In this document: positions 34,372 through 45,217 of the stretch, in pieces | Layout of the letters: each line of letters opens with the position of its first letter | Position numbering within the stretch: position 1 is the first letter of the stretch | IMG/VR virus record: IMGVR_UViG_3300025728_000009 | Location: 1 to 64,000 of that record | DNA length: 64,000 nt | Direction: 5' to 3' (one strand) | Source: a virus | Notes under the pieces: model-generated | Database searches by the model: none | What the model was told of the DNA's origin: nothing | What the model saw: the letters and a program-made list of their open reading frames with translations, nothing else | Program-made: the position numbers and the translations under genes

Positions 34372-34820
34372 TGAGTTTAGATAACTCCAAGCGAGATTAC
34401 CCCTACCCATAGCCATAAGAGAAACAATATTCTCCCATAAGACTTAGGTAGGGGTCACGCTTGAAATTATCCTCGCTCTTTCCTGTGAAGCAGCTTTACG
34501 CTGTATTCAACTTGAGATGAGAAAAATAGTCTTTCGACTCTACTAATATGCACAGGTACATTTAGTAGCCAAGGAAGGTCTTTAATAAGATTACCTTCTC
34601 GAATCACTTTTATAGGCTCTTACAGCCCCGCTAACAAGACCTGATTCTTTCGACTAGTCTTTGCTATGTGTTAGCTCCCCGGTTAGCTTTAAGCTCTGGC
34701 TGCCCGTTGCAGTTGTGTCCGCCACCAGAACCGATGACATTCTAATGTGCTGTCGCTTAGAAGAAGGTCATGTATAAATATTACGCCTTTATTTCCTCAA
34801 TTGCAACCTTTCTGACATGA
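34372..34820 (-). ncRNA. Candidate ~450-nt highly structured RNA (unassigned family)
   Basis: ORF-free; at least 8 consecutive hairpins, GAAA tetraloops, 92-nt terminal hairpin whose irregular pairs are G-U only on the - strand. Confidence 0.65.
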
Positions 34821-35835
34821 TATGTTTTTATAGCAAATCAAGAAAGCGATAACCTAGAGGAATACCTAATCTTCCCCCTCCAACACCCTCAACACCTCTT
34901 CAAGATCCTCCCTACTCAGCCACAGAGGATGCTCATCATTAGTGTGATAGATGATAATTGCATTACCTACCTTGTCCCAATCTGTACCGTTGTCTGTGTT
35001 CATTGCATATCCTGCCAAATCTTCTTCAAATGTTTCTTCTTCACATCAGGGAATGCTTGGATAATGTCCTCAAGAAAAACCCTGTGAAAAGACTTAAAGT
35101 GTAATTCAGCTACAAACTGTTCCACTTCTTCAGTTAACGCATCAAATTTCTCTTGTTTCATTTCACTCTCCGAATATTAGCCCACTGTTCAGCACCAAAC
35201 TGATCACGCTTAAACTCACCAGATATCTCGCCCTCAAAGGTAATGTCAAGCTTCATGTTTGTTCGTACTGACTTCTTGTAAACAGATTGAAAGGTTGTCC
35301 CTACAGATGCATAATCTGATACCCAAGGACTGCTTTCTTCACGAATCTCGGACATGTTGATTGGCTCAACCGCAAAATCTTCTGGCAAGCTTTCAATCCA
35401 AGCGATAAATTCTTTCTTGTTCATCACTCTTCTCCCTTCCAAATCACATTAAACCTCGGACAAACATCAGACAGCTTCCTCACATACGTATCATAATCCA
35501 TAAAATTCCCTACGATAAAGAAAATCCCTTGGGAGTTCATCACTACCATTTGATTCTCCCCAAGCTTAAGTTTCTCTCCAGAAGAGGTGTCAATAATTTT
35601 AAATTTCTTTTTCATTCTTTACTCTCCACAAATACACCTTGTCGACTAGGTTTACTAGACAGAGAACGATAATTCTCATCGATAGCAACCATGAACTGTC
35701 CACCTTCCATGTAAAAGCCATCGTCAAGGGTTTCAATCTCCCAAGTCAACCCTTCGAACTTCCAATCCATTTCTACCCCAACATCTGGTACGAATTTGTA
35801 AGTCATGATTTTGTCTCCTCAATTAATGTAGGCCA

Positions 35836-35965
35836 ATCATAACAGATCAGGAGCTGAAGTCAAGAGGGGATAGCGAATAAATTCGCATAGATGATGAATA
35901 AATTTACTGAGAGAGCAGGGGGAGAATTTTGTTGGGGTTGACAGAGGAGGAGAACGTGTTAGGAT
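35836..35965. promoter_or_regulatory. Divergent promoter pair at the strand switch
   Basis: Minus strand TTGACT-16-TATGAT (35836-35863); plus strand TTGACA-16-TAGGAT (35938-35965). Confidence 0.7.
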
Positions 35966-37583
35966 AGGTGTCATTGAAAGCAAACCTAACGAGGAAATGT
36001 AATGGACGCTAAATGGGACAACAAACCACCAGTAATCAACGAGGAGGGTCAGCTACAATACCAAGCCTATCTAAACACAGGTACAATGCTAATTCTACGT
36101 GAAGCTTTGGATCATGACCACCCAGAAAACCTTTACAACCACCTGAAATCTCACGGCATTAAACCTGAAGATTATGGTGTCAAGCACCCTATTGACGAGA
36201 TTGCGGAAGAAGAGTATCGTGGAGTCAGTCGAGAAGAGCTTATTGTTGAGCTAGTCAAAGCCAAGCGTGAACTTGACGCAGCATATCGGGCAGGCTACTA
36301 AGCCCTCAATGTCGCTGACATTTCGAAGAAACAATACACGTATGTGGTGTATGCAAGATTAATTTAAATATAGGGATGGAGAAAGATGAATCACGAAGAC
36401 GTAGATTATCCAGAGTATCACTACCAAGGCATGGGTTGTGGCCTTGAGGATCGTGGAATTACAGATCGTTATGAAGCTATGCAGTATGGTTGGGATGAGG
36501 CTATTGAGCGGTGTGCTGCTGAGGTTGTTGAGCCTTTATTGGAATTGATTAGGGTCCAAGAGATTAACAATATCGAAGCAAACACAGCGATTCGTGCTGA
36601 GCGGGATTACTACAAAGCGGCTTTTGAAGAGGTGTTGAATAAATGAAACCAGACGGAAGCTTGACAGAATTAGAAATGTGGTCATACTGGCGGGATGATA
36701 AAGGTCACACTTATGCATTGGAATCTCAGTATGCTGATTTATTGCATGAGGATTTTATTCTTAAGAATTGTATGTTTCAGATTGCAATGGCTAAGAAGAT
36801 GATTGATGAGCGTATGCAGCAACTGGCTGAGACTGAAAATAAACTGAATGGTTGGGAGGATTACTAATATGAACGATGTAGTAGGCTATGAAGTGGTGCT
36901 ATTCCAACCAGAACAAGACGGCATTGCAATCTTCCATAGCACATCCTTGGAAGAATGTAAAGATTTTGCAACCAAAGAACGAGAGCAATTTAACACTTTT
37001 GTTGAGAATGGTTTTCCTGTAGAGTCATTGCCAGAGTTTGTGGTAGTGGCTTATTATAGTGATCAGAGTTCTGAGTGTTTGGAGGATTGATGATGAGTAT
37101 CGAAGACGTTACAGAAGACCGTAAAGCAATCCTAGCCTGTGAGCTAGAACAGTACATTAGTCGTTTCCTTGATAAACAATGGACAGTGAGCGATGCTATT
37201 GATATGATCACTGAAGATGACGATGAGAAACGATTCTTGCAATCTGCTGGGTATGACTTTAAGGTGTACTACTAATGGCTATGTTCAACATTGCGAAAAA
37301 CTACAGGCAGCATTCCCCAGAAGAGTTGAGGGATATGGCCTATCGCGGGATTCTTGAGGCTAATGGTCTTGACCTCGGGGACTTCTTAGAATACATCTTT
37401 CAAGACTTCTACACTCAGCAAGATATTGACAAGATAGTAAAAGAAGCTGTAGAAGAAGATCGTGATTCGTATTCACGAGTGGAGAGTCTTAAACAGAATA
37501 TTCGTGAGGCTATTGAGATTCTGAAAGATAGTCTGTAGGATTAGAGGTTGTGGCGAAGAATATTGATTAGGAGATTGGTGTGA

Positions 37584-39302
37584 GTGGGCGAAACAAGTTC
37601 GCTGTCATTCAATCGCCATTGGGCTTTAAGATCAAAAACTAAATTGGAGAGTAGCTTGTCCTATTTCAAAAAGCTAAAGGAGCGAGAAGTGGAAGTTTTT
37701 AATAAAGAAACAGTTGATGACGTTAAGAAGTATACGTCTGTAGATGCACCTGAGCGTGGTATTCGTAAAGCTACACTTGAGCGATTCGGCGTTAAGGTTG
37801 CACTGTCTGAGAAAGATGGTAAGACACCAGAAGCTTTCTACTTCCCTTCATACAATCAGAAAGGGAAAGTTGTAGGCTACACAAAACAAGATGTAACTAA
37901 AGGAAAGGATGAGAAAGGCCATTGGACGGCTGTTGGCAGCGTTTCTATTGGCAATAAGTTGTTTGGCCAAGAAGTTGCTGAAAACACTAACCGCAAGCGT
38001 ACCAATCTGATTACGACCGAAGGCCAATGGGACTGTCTTAGTGTATGGCAAGCAGCAGTGGAGAACGTAAAAGGTACGAAGTTTGAAGGTCTTGAACCAC
38101 TAGTTGTCTCTATTCCGCTTGGCACTGCTAACGCTGTAGAAGCTTTGCTTCACAACGAGGAATACGTAAAGAGCCATGATTCTTTGACTATTTTCTTTGA
38201 TGATGATTACTGCACACCAGCAGAGACAAAGAAAGGGGTTATGAAGGGCCACGAAGCTCGTGAAGCTGTTGCTAGTGCATTAGTAGGTTCAGGGCTGTCT
38301 TTGATGACGGTAGTTCCGGCTGATGGCTTTAAGGATGCTTCTGATTACTTGCAAGCTAATCGTTCTGAAGATTTGGCTAAACTTATTCAGTTTGGTAAAC
38401 GTGCATACTCTGCTGAAAAGATTGTTAAAGCATCTGACATTAGTATTGAGGAATTGCTTGAGCCACGTCCCGAGGGCGTGTACGTTAACGAGTTTCCAAA
38501 GTTGATGGATAAACTGCATGGTTTTCGTATGCGTGAACTTGTACTATTGACAAGTCCTAGTGGTGTGGGCAAATCCACTGTGACATCCATTTTTGCTAGT
38601 TCTTTTATGGAATCTGGTGAAAAGCTTGGAATGATCTATCTGGAAGAATCAAACAAAGAGACAATGCAACGACTGATTGCAGCTAAACTGAAAGTAAGTT
38701 ATCTGAAGTTTAAAGATAAACCTCTTGAGTGTGCAACACTGGAGCAGATCACACAGGCTCGAAATGAAATTGTAGATAATGATTTGCTTGTTATGTTAGG
38801 CCACTTTGGCAGTTTGCCAGTTAGTGAACTGATGAACAAAGTAAAACATATGCACTTGGTTGAAGGTTGTAAATACATTCTTATTGACCACTTGAGTATG
38901 GTTGTATCTGGGAGTCATGTAACAGATGAACGCAAAGAATTGGATATTGTAATGACTGAGTTGGCAGCATTCTGTGCTGCAAATGATGTTTGTGTGATTG
39001 CAGTATCTCACATTAACCGAAGTGCAGCAGAGCAATTCAAAGCACCGAAAGGTAATGAAGACAAACCGTTTTGGGTTAAGGTGACAAAGGAAATGATGCG
39101 TGGTAGTGCGGCTCTTGAACAATTGAGCTTTGTTATCATTGGTTTGGAACCACAGATTATGCCAGACCGCTCACGCGGTAATGTTCGACTAACTGTTCTG
39201 AAGAATCGACCTTGGAGTTACTTGGGAGTTGCGGATGAATTTACTATTGATGAAAACACTTGGGCAGTATTGCTTGCTCAGGAAGTTCCAGATGATTTTT
39301 GA
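37584..39302 (+). CDS. T7 gp4-like primase-helicase (true start probably downstream of 37584)
   Basis: TOPRIM TEGQWD, FFDDD, KDASD; SF4 helicase SGVGKST, LEE, IDHL, VSH, RGS..LEQ, KNR. Confidence 0.92.
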   Translation: MGETSSLSFNRHWALRSKTKLESSLSYFKKLKEREVEVFNKETVDDVKKYTSVDAPERGIRKATLERFGVKVALSEKDGKTPEAFYFPSYNQKGKVVGYTKQDVTKGKDEKGHWTAVGSVSIGNKLFGQEVAENTNRKRTNLITTEGQWDCLSVWQAAVENVKGTKFEGLEPLVVSIPLGTANAVEALLHNEEYVKSHDSLTIFFDDDYCTPAETKKGVMKGHEAREAVASALVGSGLSLMTVVPADGFKDASDYLQANRSEDLAKLIQFGKRAYSAEKIVKASDISIEELLEPRPEGVYVNEFPKLMDKLHGFRMRELVLLTSPSGVGKSTVTSIFASSFMESGEKLGMIYLEESNKETMQRLIAAKLKVSYLKFKDKPLECATLEQITQARNEIVDNDLLVMLGHFGSLPVSELMNKVKHMHLVEGCKYILIDHLSMVVSGSHVTDERKELDIVMTELAAFCAANDVCVIAVSHINRSAAEQFKAPKGNEDKPFWVKVTKEMMRGSAALEQLSFVIIGLEPQIMPDRSRGNVRLTVLKNRPWSYLGVADEFTIDENTWAVLLAQEVPDDF

Positions 39303-39311
39303 GGATCAAAA

Positions 39312-39953
39312 ATGGCTGAAGATTTAAGCGGAAGAAAATATAATCGTTGGACTATAATTAGCCTTGCAGAGCGGAAAGGAAATCGGGCATATTGGAATTG
39401 TATATGTGATTGTGGGAAAGAAAAAGTAGTCCGTGGGGATCAAATCAAAGATGGTCGCTCACAGTCTTGTGGTTGCCTCAGAGCTGAACGCTCCTACAGG
39501 ACACATGGAATGTGGAAGAGTAAGATTTACAGGGTTTGGGGCTCAATGGTTTCAAGAACTACAAATCCAAACGATCCAGCGTGGCCCTACTACGGTGGAA
39601 TTGGTTGTGGATTAGACCAAGAGGAATGGAAGCAATTTGAAAATTTCTACAGGGATATGGGAGAAAGCTATAAAGAAGGGTTGACTTTAGAACGAGAAGA
39701 TCCTAAACTTGGTTACTCAAAAGAGAACTGTGTTTGGGAAACATGGAAAGTTCAAAGTTTCAACAAGAAAATGGATAAACGTAATAAATCTGGACGTACT
39801 GGTGTTGTGCTTATTGAGGCTACTGGTAAATGGAAAGCACGTATAGGTTTTGAAGGTAAAGACATCAATTTAGGTTACTATGCAACCTTCGAAGAGGCTT
39901 GTGCTGCAAGAGCCGAAGGTGAGCTTAAATATTTTGGAAGAACAAAGGAGTAA
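39312..39953 (+). CDS. HNH-like homing endonuclease with AP2 domain
   Basis: W.C.CDCG, SCGC, YGG.G, W..FE.F..DMG, N.SG.TGV, LG.Y...EEA..AR. Confidence 0.85.
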   Translation: MAEDLSGRKYNRWTIISLAERKGNRAYWNCICDCGKEKVVRGDQIKDGRSQSCGCLRAERSYRTHGMWKSKIYRVWGSMVSRTTNPNDPAWPYYGGIGCGLDQEEWKQFENFYRDMGESYKEGLTLEREDPKLGYSKENCVWETWKVQSFNKKMDKRNKSGRTGVVLIEATGKWKARIGFEGKDINLGYYATFEEACAARAEGELKYFGRTKE

Positions 39954-39956
39954 AAA

Positions 39957-42395
39957 GTGGATATTACTTGGGACCGGGAAACAACAGGTCTTTTGAATCA
40001 AGAGGCTATCGATTACACCACCAGCCCATTCAAGCTGAAAGAGACTTTCAAGACTCATTGCACTGTTGTGGAAGAACATCAGACTGGTAAGATTATTGCC
40101 TTCTATGATGGTCCTGAATATACTCTTGATGGTCGCCGTTACGAAGAGGTGATTGAAGGGCAGACTTACATTCTTGAAAATTACCAACCGATTGAGTTTG
40201 AGAAACGATCTATTGCTGAGTTTAAGGATTACGTCCTAAACAACCCACTACATAAAGTGGTGGCTCACAACCAGATCAACTTTGACTTAATGGTTGGTAA
40301 GATTGAAGAAGATATGGACTTCACCATTGAACAAGATACTTGGTGTGGTAAGCCTGTATTGTTTGAGGATACACTTGTAATCAGTAAAGCGCTCAACCCA
40401 GATCGTCTTGGTGGTCACAGCTTGGATTCCTTGTCTGAGAAGGCTGGACTTCGTAAGTATTCGTTTCGTAAACACATGCATGAGTCTATTCGATTCAAGC
40501 ACTTTGCAGCGGACATGCTATTTTATTGCATCATCGACGTGCTGGCTAATACCAAAGTTTACAAGATGTTGGAAGTTGAGAAAGGTGATTGGGATTGGTC
40601 AGACGCTATTAGCCTTGAGAAGGCTGTTGCTGAGATTATCACTCGACAGGAACACCGAGGGTTTGACTTCAAGACAGAACGAGCTATTGAACTTGTTCGA
40701 GATTTGGATATCAAACTTGAGGCTTTGCGTAGTGAAGTAGAACCTGTGTTGCCGCCTAAGCCTTTGGCAAAGACACGAATGGACTTCTACACACCTAGTG
40801 AAAAGCAGTTCAAGAAGTCGGGCGAACTGAATGAAAACATTAAGAAGTTTGTAGCTAAACACGAAGGAACAATCAGCGAAGATAATGTTGCAACAATATT
40901 TGGTAAAGAATACTCTCTGCCAATGCCTGCTGTACCATTGTTGACAGAAGTTCCGTCTACTTTGAAAGACACGACTCACATTAAAGAGTGGTTGGTTTCT
41001 AAGTTTGGCTGGAATCCCTCAGCATGGAAAGAGCGGGATTTGACGTGTGATGCAAAGAAGAATCGTCTTACACAAGAAAAGTTTGAAGCTGCTGTAGATC
41101 GGTATGTTGACCAAACATTAGCAAGTCCTTTTTGCAAGTATCGTCTTGAACACCTTAACCTTAATAAGAACAATATTAAGGCAAAGTTATTGGCAAAAGG
41201 TTGTGCTAAAAGCTTCAAAGTTCTAACCAACCCCACACTGACGGTAGGACAGGAGAAAGAGATTTGCCCCGGACTTATTGCGCTAGAAAGTAGCTTTCCA
41301 CACGCAAGAAAGCTTGCTGACTTCCTTACTTATAGTCACCGCCGTAATAGCATTCTTGGTGGTGGTTATGATCCAGAAGAGGATGATGAGGAGTTTGAAA
41401 GCGGGTTTATGCCGAACGTGAGGGAAGATGGACGTATTCCAACACCAGCAGATACTTGCGGGGCTGGGACCAGCAGATTCAAGCATCGTTTAGTAGCCAA
41501 CATTCCTCGTAATTCCTCGCTTTATGGCGAAGAAATGCGTAGTTTGTTTGGTGTTGGTAAAGGATATGTACAACTTGGTTACGATTTCGACTCGTTAGAA
41601 GCAAAAATAGAAAGCTCGTATGTTTTTCGTTATAAGGGCGGACCTGAGTACGGTATCAGTCTCACAGCAGAGAAGCCGAATGACTGTCACTCTGTACTAG
41701 CACGGAGGATTACTGAGATTATCGGTAAGGAGTTTCCTCGTGGAAGTGCAAAATCTGTTAAATACGGTTGCAGTTACAACGCACAGGTTGCCCGAGTAGC
41801 TAAAATTGTTGGCTGTGATCTTGAAACAGCTCAAATCATCTTTGATGAATTTTGGACTTTGGCTAACCCTCTCAAAGAACTCAAAGATCGTATGCAACAA
41901 TATTGGGAAACAACAGGACAGAAGAAGTTCCTTCTTGGGATTGATAAGCGTAAACTTCCAATTCGCTCAAAAGGCAATGTGATCAACAGTGCCTTCCAGT
42001 CAGCAGGCGTAATTTGTGCAAAACGAGCGATGGTTATTCATGATCGCAAGCTTAAAGCCGAAGGAATGTCTGTAGATTTCTTTAAGGATGATTGGAAGAA
42101 CAAGAAATATTGCCAGCAAATGATTGCTTACCACGATGAGGCACAATTAGAGTTGACACGAGAGCTGGTTAAGTTTAAACTCTTTGACACAGAGAAAGAA
42201 GCGAAGGAATTTTCTGAAGAAGGAAAAATCTGGAGCGATGTTGGACATGCAAAAGACGGACGTTTCTTCCGTTCATGGTGTCGAGCAGGTGAACTTGCAG
42301 CAGAATCTGTAAAAGAAGCTGGACAATACTATAAATTGAACGTAGAATTGACAGCAGGCTATGTGATTGGAAGCGGATGGGATAATTGTCACTAA
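39957..42395 (+). CDS. Family A DNA polymerase with 3'-5' exonuclease
   Basis: DRETTG, AHN..FD, HSL exonuclease motifs; DFDSLE (A), R..AK...YG (B), YHDE (C). Confidence 0.93.
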   Translation: MDITWDRETTGLLNQEAIDYTTSPFKLKETFKTHCTVVEEHQTGKIIAFYDGPEYTLDGRRYEEVIEGQTYILENYQPIEFEKRSIAEFKDYVLNNPLHKVVAHNQINFDLMVGKIEEDMDFTIEQDTWCGKPVLFEDTLVISKALNPDRLGGHSLDSLSEKAGLRKYSFRKHMHESIRFKHFAADMLFYCIIDVLANTKVYKMLEVEKGDWDWSDAISLEKAVAEIITRQEHRGFDFKTERAIELVRDLDIKLEALRSEVEPVLPPKPLAKTRMDFYTPSEKQFKKSGELNENIKKFVAKHEGTISEDNVATIFGKEYSLPMPAVPLLTEVPSTLKDTTHIKEWLVSKFGWNPSAWKERDLTCDAKKNRLTQEKFEAAVDRYVDQTLASPFCKYRLEHLNLNKNNIKAKLLAKGCAKSFKVLTNPTLTVGQEKEICPGLIALESSFPHARKLADFLTYSHRRNSILGGGYDPEEDDEEFESGFMPNVREDGRIPTPADTCGAGTSRFKHRLVANIPRNSSLYGEEMRSLFGVGKGYVQLGYDFDSLEAKIESSYVFRYKGGPEYGISLTAEKPNDCHSVLARRITEIIGKEFPRGSAKSVKYGCSYNAQVARVAKIVGCDLETAQIIFDEFWTLANPLKELKDRMQQYWETTGQKKFLLGIDKRKLPIRSKGNVINSAFQSAGVICAKRAMVIHDRKLKAEGMSVDFFKDDWKNKKYCQQMIAYHDEAQLELTRELVKFKLFDTEKEAKEFSEEGKIWSDVGHAKDGRFFRSWCRAGELAAESVKEAGQYYKLNVELTAGYVIGSGWDNCH

Positions 42396-43312
42396 ACCAA
42401 AATATCGCTTGTAATGTCTGAATAAACGTGTCAGAATAGATGCAATCAAAAATAAATGAGGAGAGATGATGAAAGAGCTTGTAGGTAAGACAATCAAAGA
42501 AATATATGTCAATGAAGATCAATCTCTGTTGAAATTCGTCACGGATCAAGTCGAATTGATTTACGAAACCGAAGGTGACTGTTGTTCTGAGACATGGTTT
42601 GCTGATATCATCTTCAATTGGAAATTCTTCACAACACCAGTTACGGATGTTACCGAACTAGATGTACCTGATTGGCTAGACCGTCTAATTAATAAAGACG
42701 GACGTACTCGACAAGAGTTTGATCAACTGTATGGCTACAATATCAAAGCTAATATCGTTGGCGGTAATGCTTACTACGGTAACAATGGCACAAGCTGTGA
42801 TATCATCTTCCGTAACTCAAGCAACGGTTATTACGGCGGCAGTTGTGACTTGATGAATCAGACTTCTAAATGGGGCCAAGAGAAGCTTGAGAAAGCTGAG
42901 TGGACACAAATCACTGAAGATTGGCAAGCATAAATTAATTTAAACTGGGAGAAACAAAATGATTACAAAGTTCAACTACACCATTCAAAATGAAGATCAA
43001 ATCTTCTGCGACAATATCGACTCACGACATTCTGCACGCAACCGTCTACGGGAAGTTAAGTCTCTCGGATTCAAGACAGCTAAGATTGTCCGAGAAGAAT
43101 TTGTTAAGATCAGTGAGAAGGTGGTTCGGTAAGATGGGCAGCATCAAGACCAAAGAAACAGAAAGTATTAACGGAATGGTTGTAGTTATTGAATATGAAT
43201 TCTCTGACTACAAAGATTACCTTGACTTGCTTGAGCGACGTAGTAATATGCTGAAGGATGCTATTGACTCAGGTATTATGAATGTTAATGTAAAGAAACG
43301 GGAGACGAAACA

Positions 43313-43522
43313 TTGAGTAAAAGTAAATCTGTAAGCTTCCCAATCTTCGGAATTCTAGGTCTGATCTTTGTAACACTGAAGTTGGCTGAGATTGGAACTG
43401 TAGCAACATGGAGCTGGCTTTGGGTATTGAGTCCATTTTGGTTGCCACTTGCTGTAGTCCTAGCTATTGCAGCCGTTGTTGGGCTGATTGCAATTACGAT
43501 TGCATATTTGGATAAGAAGTAA
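43313..43522 (+). CDS. Small membrane protein
   Basis: IF..LKL..I..WSW.WVLSP.W hydrophobic motif common in phages. Confidence 0.7.
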   Translation: MSKSKSVSFPIFGILGLIFVTLKLAEIGTVATWSWLWVLSPFWLPLAVVLAIAAVVGLIAITIAYLDKK

Positions 43523-43620
43523 ATAAAGAATTTGTCGGAAGGCAGATAATGATTCGTAAGAATCAATCCCTCACAATATTGTGAACTAAATAATATACAC
43601 AACTAAATAGAGAAAATTAA

Positions 43621-44322
43621 ATGACTACGCAAGTAAGCACTTCTGTAATTGTAAAGCAACTCCCTAAGTCTGGTACTTTGGAAACCTTCAACGTTTATGT
43701 ATTGAACGCTCCTGTGTTCTATGCTGCTGTACATACTCCGAAATCTAAGTACCAGAGCACAGACAAAGAGTTTAGTCTGACAGCGTTTGTGGATGAAGCA
43801 ACTAAGGACAAATTGCTGGATGAAGTGATGTTGAATAAAGGCTTTGCACTTGTAGGCAAGGACAAGACAACTAAGCCACCACGCCGCATCAAATATCCTT
43901 TGTCTAAGGACGTTGAGGAGGGTAAGACCAACTACGATGTTGTAGAAGGTATGTACGGTTTTGGTTTGGCTAAGCCTGAGTTCAGCAAGAAAGGGAACGC
44001 TATGTCTGTAAATGTTATTGACAAAGAAGGTCAAGCGTTCACTCAGGATATTGGTAACGGTTCTGTTTGTACTCTGAAACTGTTCGGCTATCGTAATCCT
44101 GAAGGTCAACTGACTGTTACACTGGATACTGTTCAAGTTGTTGAGCACATTCCATATGAAAGTAAAGGTGGTGACGGTAATGTTGTGGACGATGTACTTG
44201 GTACTTATGCAGTGAAAAAGGTTGAGGCTAAACCTGCTGAAGAGGAAGCTCCAGCACCAAAGCCTAAAGCTGCAAAACAACCTGAACCAGGAGAGTTTGA
44301 CGAAGAACAATTGCCGTTCTGA
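43621..44322 (+). CDS. Putative single-stranded DNA-binding protein (T7 gp2.5-like)
   Basis: IGNGS motif, VQV strand, acidic C-tail ending EEQLPF; replication-module context. Confidence 0.7.
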   Translation: MTTQVSTSVIVKQLPKSGTLETFNVYVLNAPVFYAAVHTPKSKYQSTDKEFSLTAFVDEATKDKLLDEVMLNKGFALVGKDKTTKPPRRIKYPLSKDVEEGKTNYDVVEGMYGFGLAKPEFSKKGNAMSVNVIDKEGQAFTQDIGNGSVCTLKLFGYRNPEGQLTVTLDTVQVVEHIPYESKGGDGNVVDDVLGTYAVKKVEAKPAEEEAPAPKPKAAKQPEPGEFDEEQLPF

Positions 44323-44617
44323 TCTAACATTAAGGCTCAAGGATGGGCCACTTATTTAAGGAGAATAAACATGGGTGAAGGTAATCTAAACCTCACACTT
44401 GAAGAGATTCAAGCACTACAAAAGATTCTTGGGTTTGTTCTGTATCACACAAGCGAGGAGTTGTATTCAGTAGCTGGTAAACTTGAGAAGTTGAGTAACC
44501 CAGACGAAGTTAACTATGACTCTGTTGTGTTTTATAAGAATGATGATTCAGGTAGTCCAAGTAAAGAATATCAACATCGTAACTTTTCGATTGCAATTAA
44601 ATAATTAGGAGATTCAC

Positions 44618-44866
44618 ATGAAAGAACGTCAATCGCTTTATGATCGTGCATACCAATTGGCTCAAGAAGCAATCACCAACAAAGAAGATGTAAAAGAGCT
44701 TGCTGGTGAATTTACATACGACAAAGAATATAACACGGACGGTTTTGATAAAGCTGAAGTGAAGAATATTGTTAAGGCAGCTCAAGCAAAAGCTAAGCAA
44801 GACAATCTTGCAGAGAAAGTTGAAGAGTTGAATAAACTTCAACAGATTCAGGAAGCTTATAGCTGA
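44618..44866 (+). CDS. Small helical dsDNA-binding protein (T4 DsbA/GapR-like)
   Basis: KEDVKEL...GFDKAEV..IVK pattern; weak. Confidence 0.4.
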   Translation: MKERQSLYDRAYQLAQEAITNKEDVKELAGEFTYDKEYNTDGFDKAEVKNIVKAAQAKAKQDNLAEKVEELNKLQQIQEAYS

Positions 44867-44879
44867 GTAATTTAATATT

Positions 44880-44902
44880 GAGGGCGAAAGCCCTCTTTGT
44901 TT
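44880..44902 (+). terminator. Intrinsic terminator with GAAA loop
   Basis: GAGGGC-GAAA-GCCCTC-TTTGTTT. Confidence 0.8.
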
Positions 44903-45217
44903 AAGAGGAGATTAAAATGAATAATCTTTATAGTTTTTACGTTGATTGTGGTCGTATGGGCAGCCTGGATGGTTTGTTTATTGCTACACAGGAAGAAGTA
45001 GATAAAGCCATCGGTAAAGAGATGTACTTTGGTGAAGTTCTAGGTAAACACTCTGATGTACAAGGAACGCTAGAAGCTCATGAGATTAAGCTAGTATCCC
45101 GCGATCAGGATAAAGTTGAGTGGCTGCTTGATTTACTTGGTGAAAATGTAAGCGGTTTTAATCCTCTGGACTATATCCAAGATTCTGATGAGGATGACGA
45201 AGAAGAGGAATATGAGG

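Noticed and set aside
34372-34820. Group I/II intron or tRNA cluster
   Set aside because: No interrupted host gene identifiable on either side; no recognisable P7/domain V or tRNA T-loop motifs by eye (needs Infernal to exclude fully)
34372-34820. RNA template for the GGTAAGCAGT repeat (telomerase-like idea)
   Set aside because: No full copy or complement of the 10-mer found in the element, only a 6-nt CTGCTT match; no reverse transcriptase in the window
42990-43316. 108-aa ORF as given in the track
   Set aside because: More likely two genes: about 42960-43131 in another frame with its own RBS (MITKFNY...), and one starting at about 43134 (MGSIK...)
43603-44340. Long antisense ORFs (also 33318..33860, 56688..57257 and similar)
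   Set aside because: Shadow frames of well-supported genes on the opposite strand; no RBS or motifs
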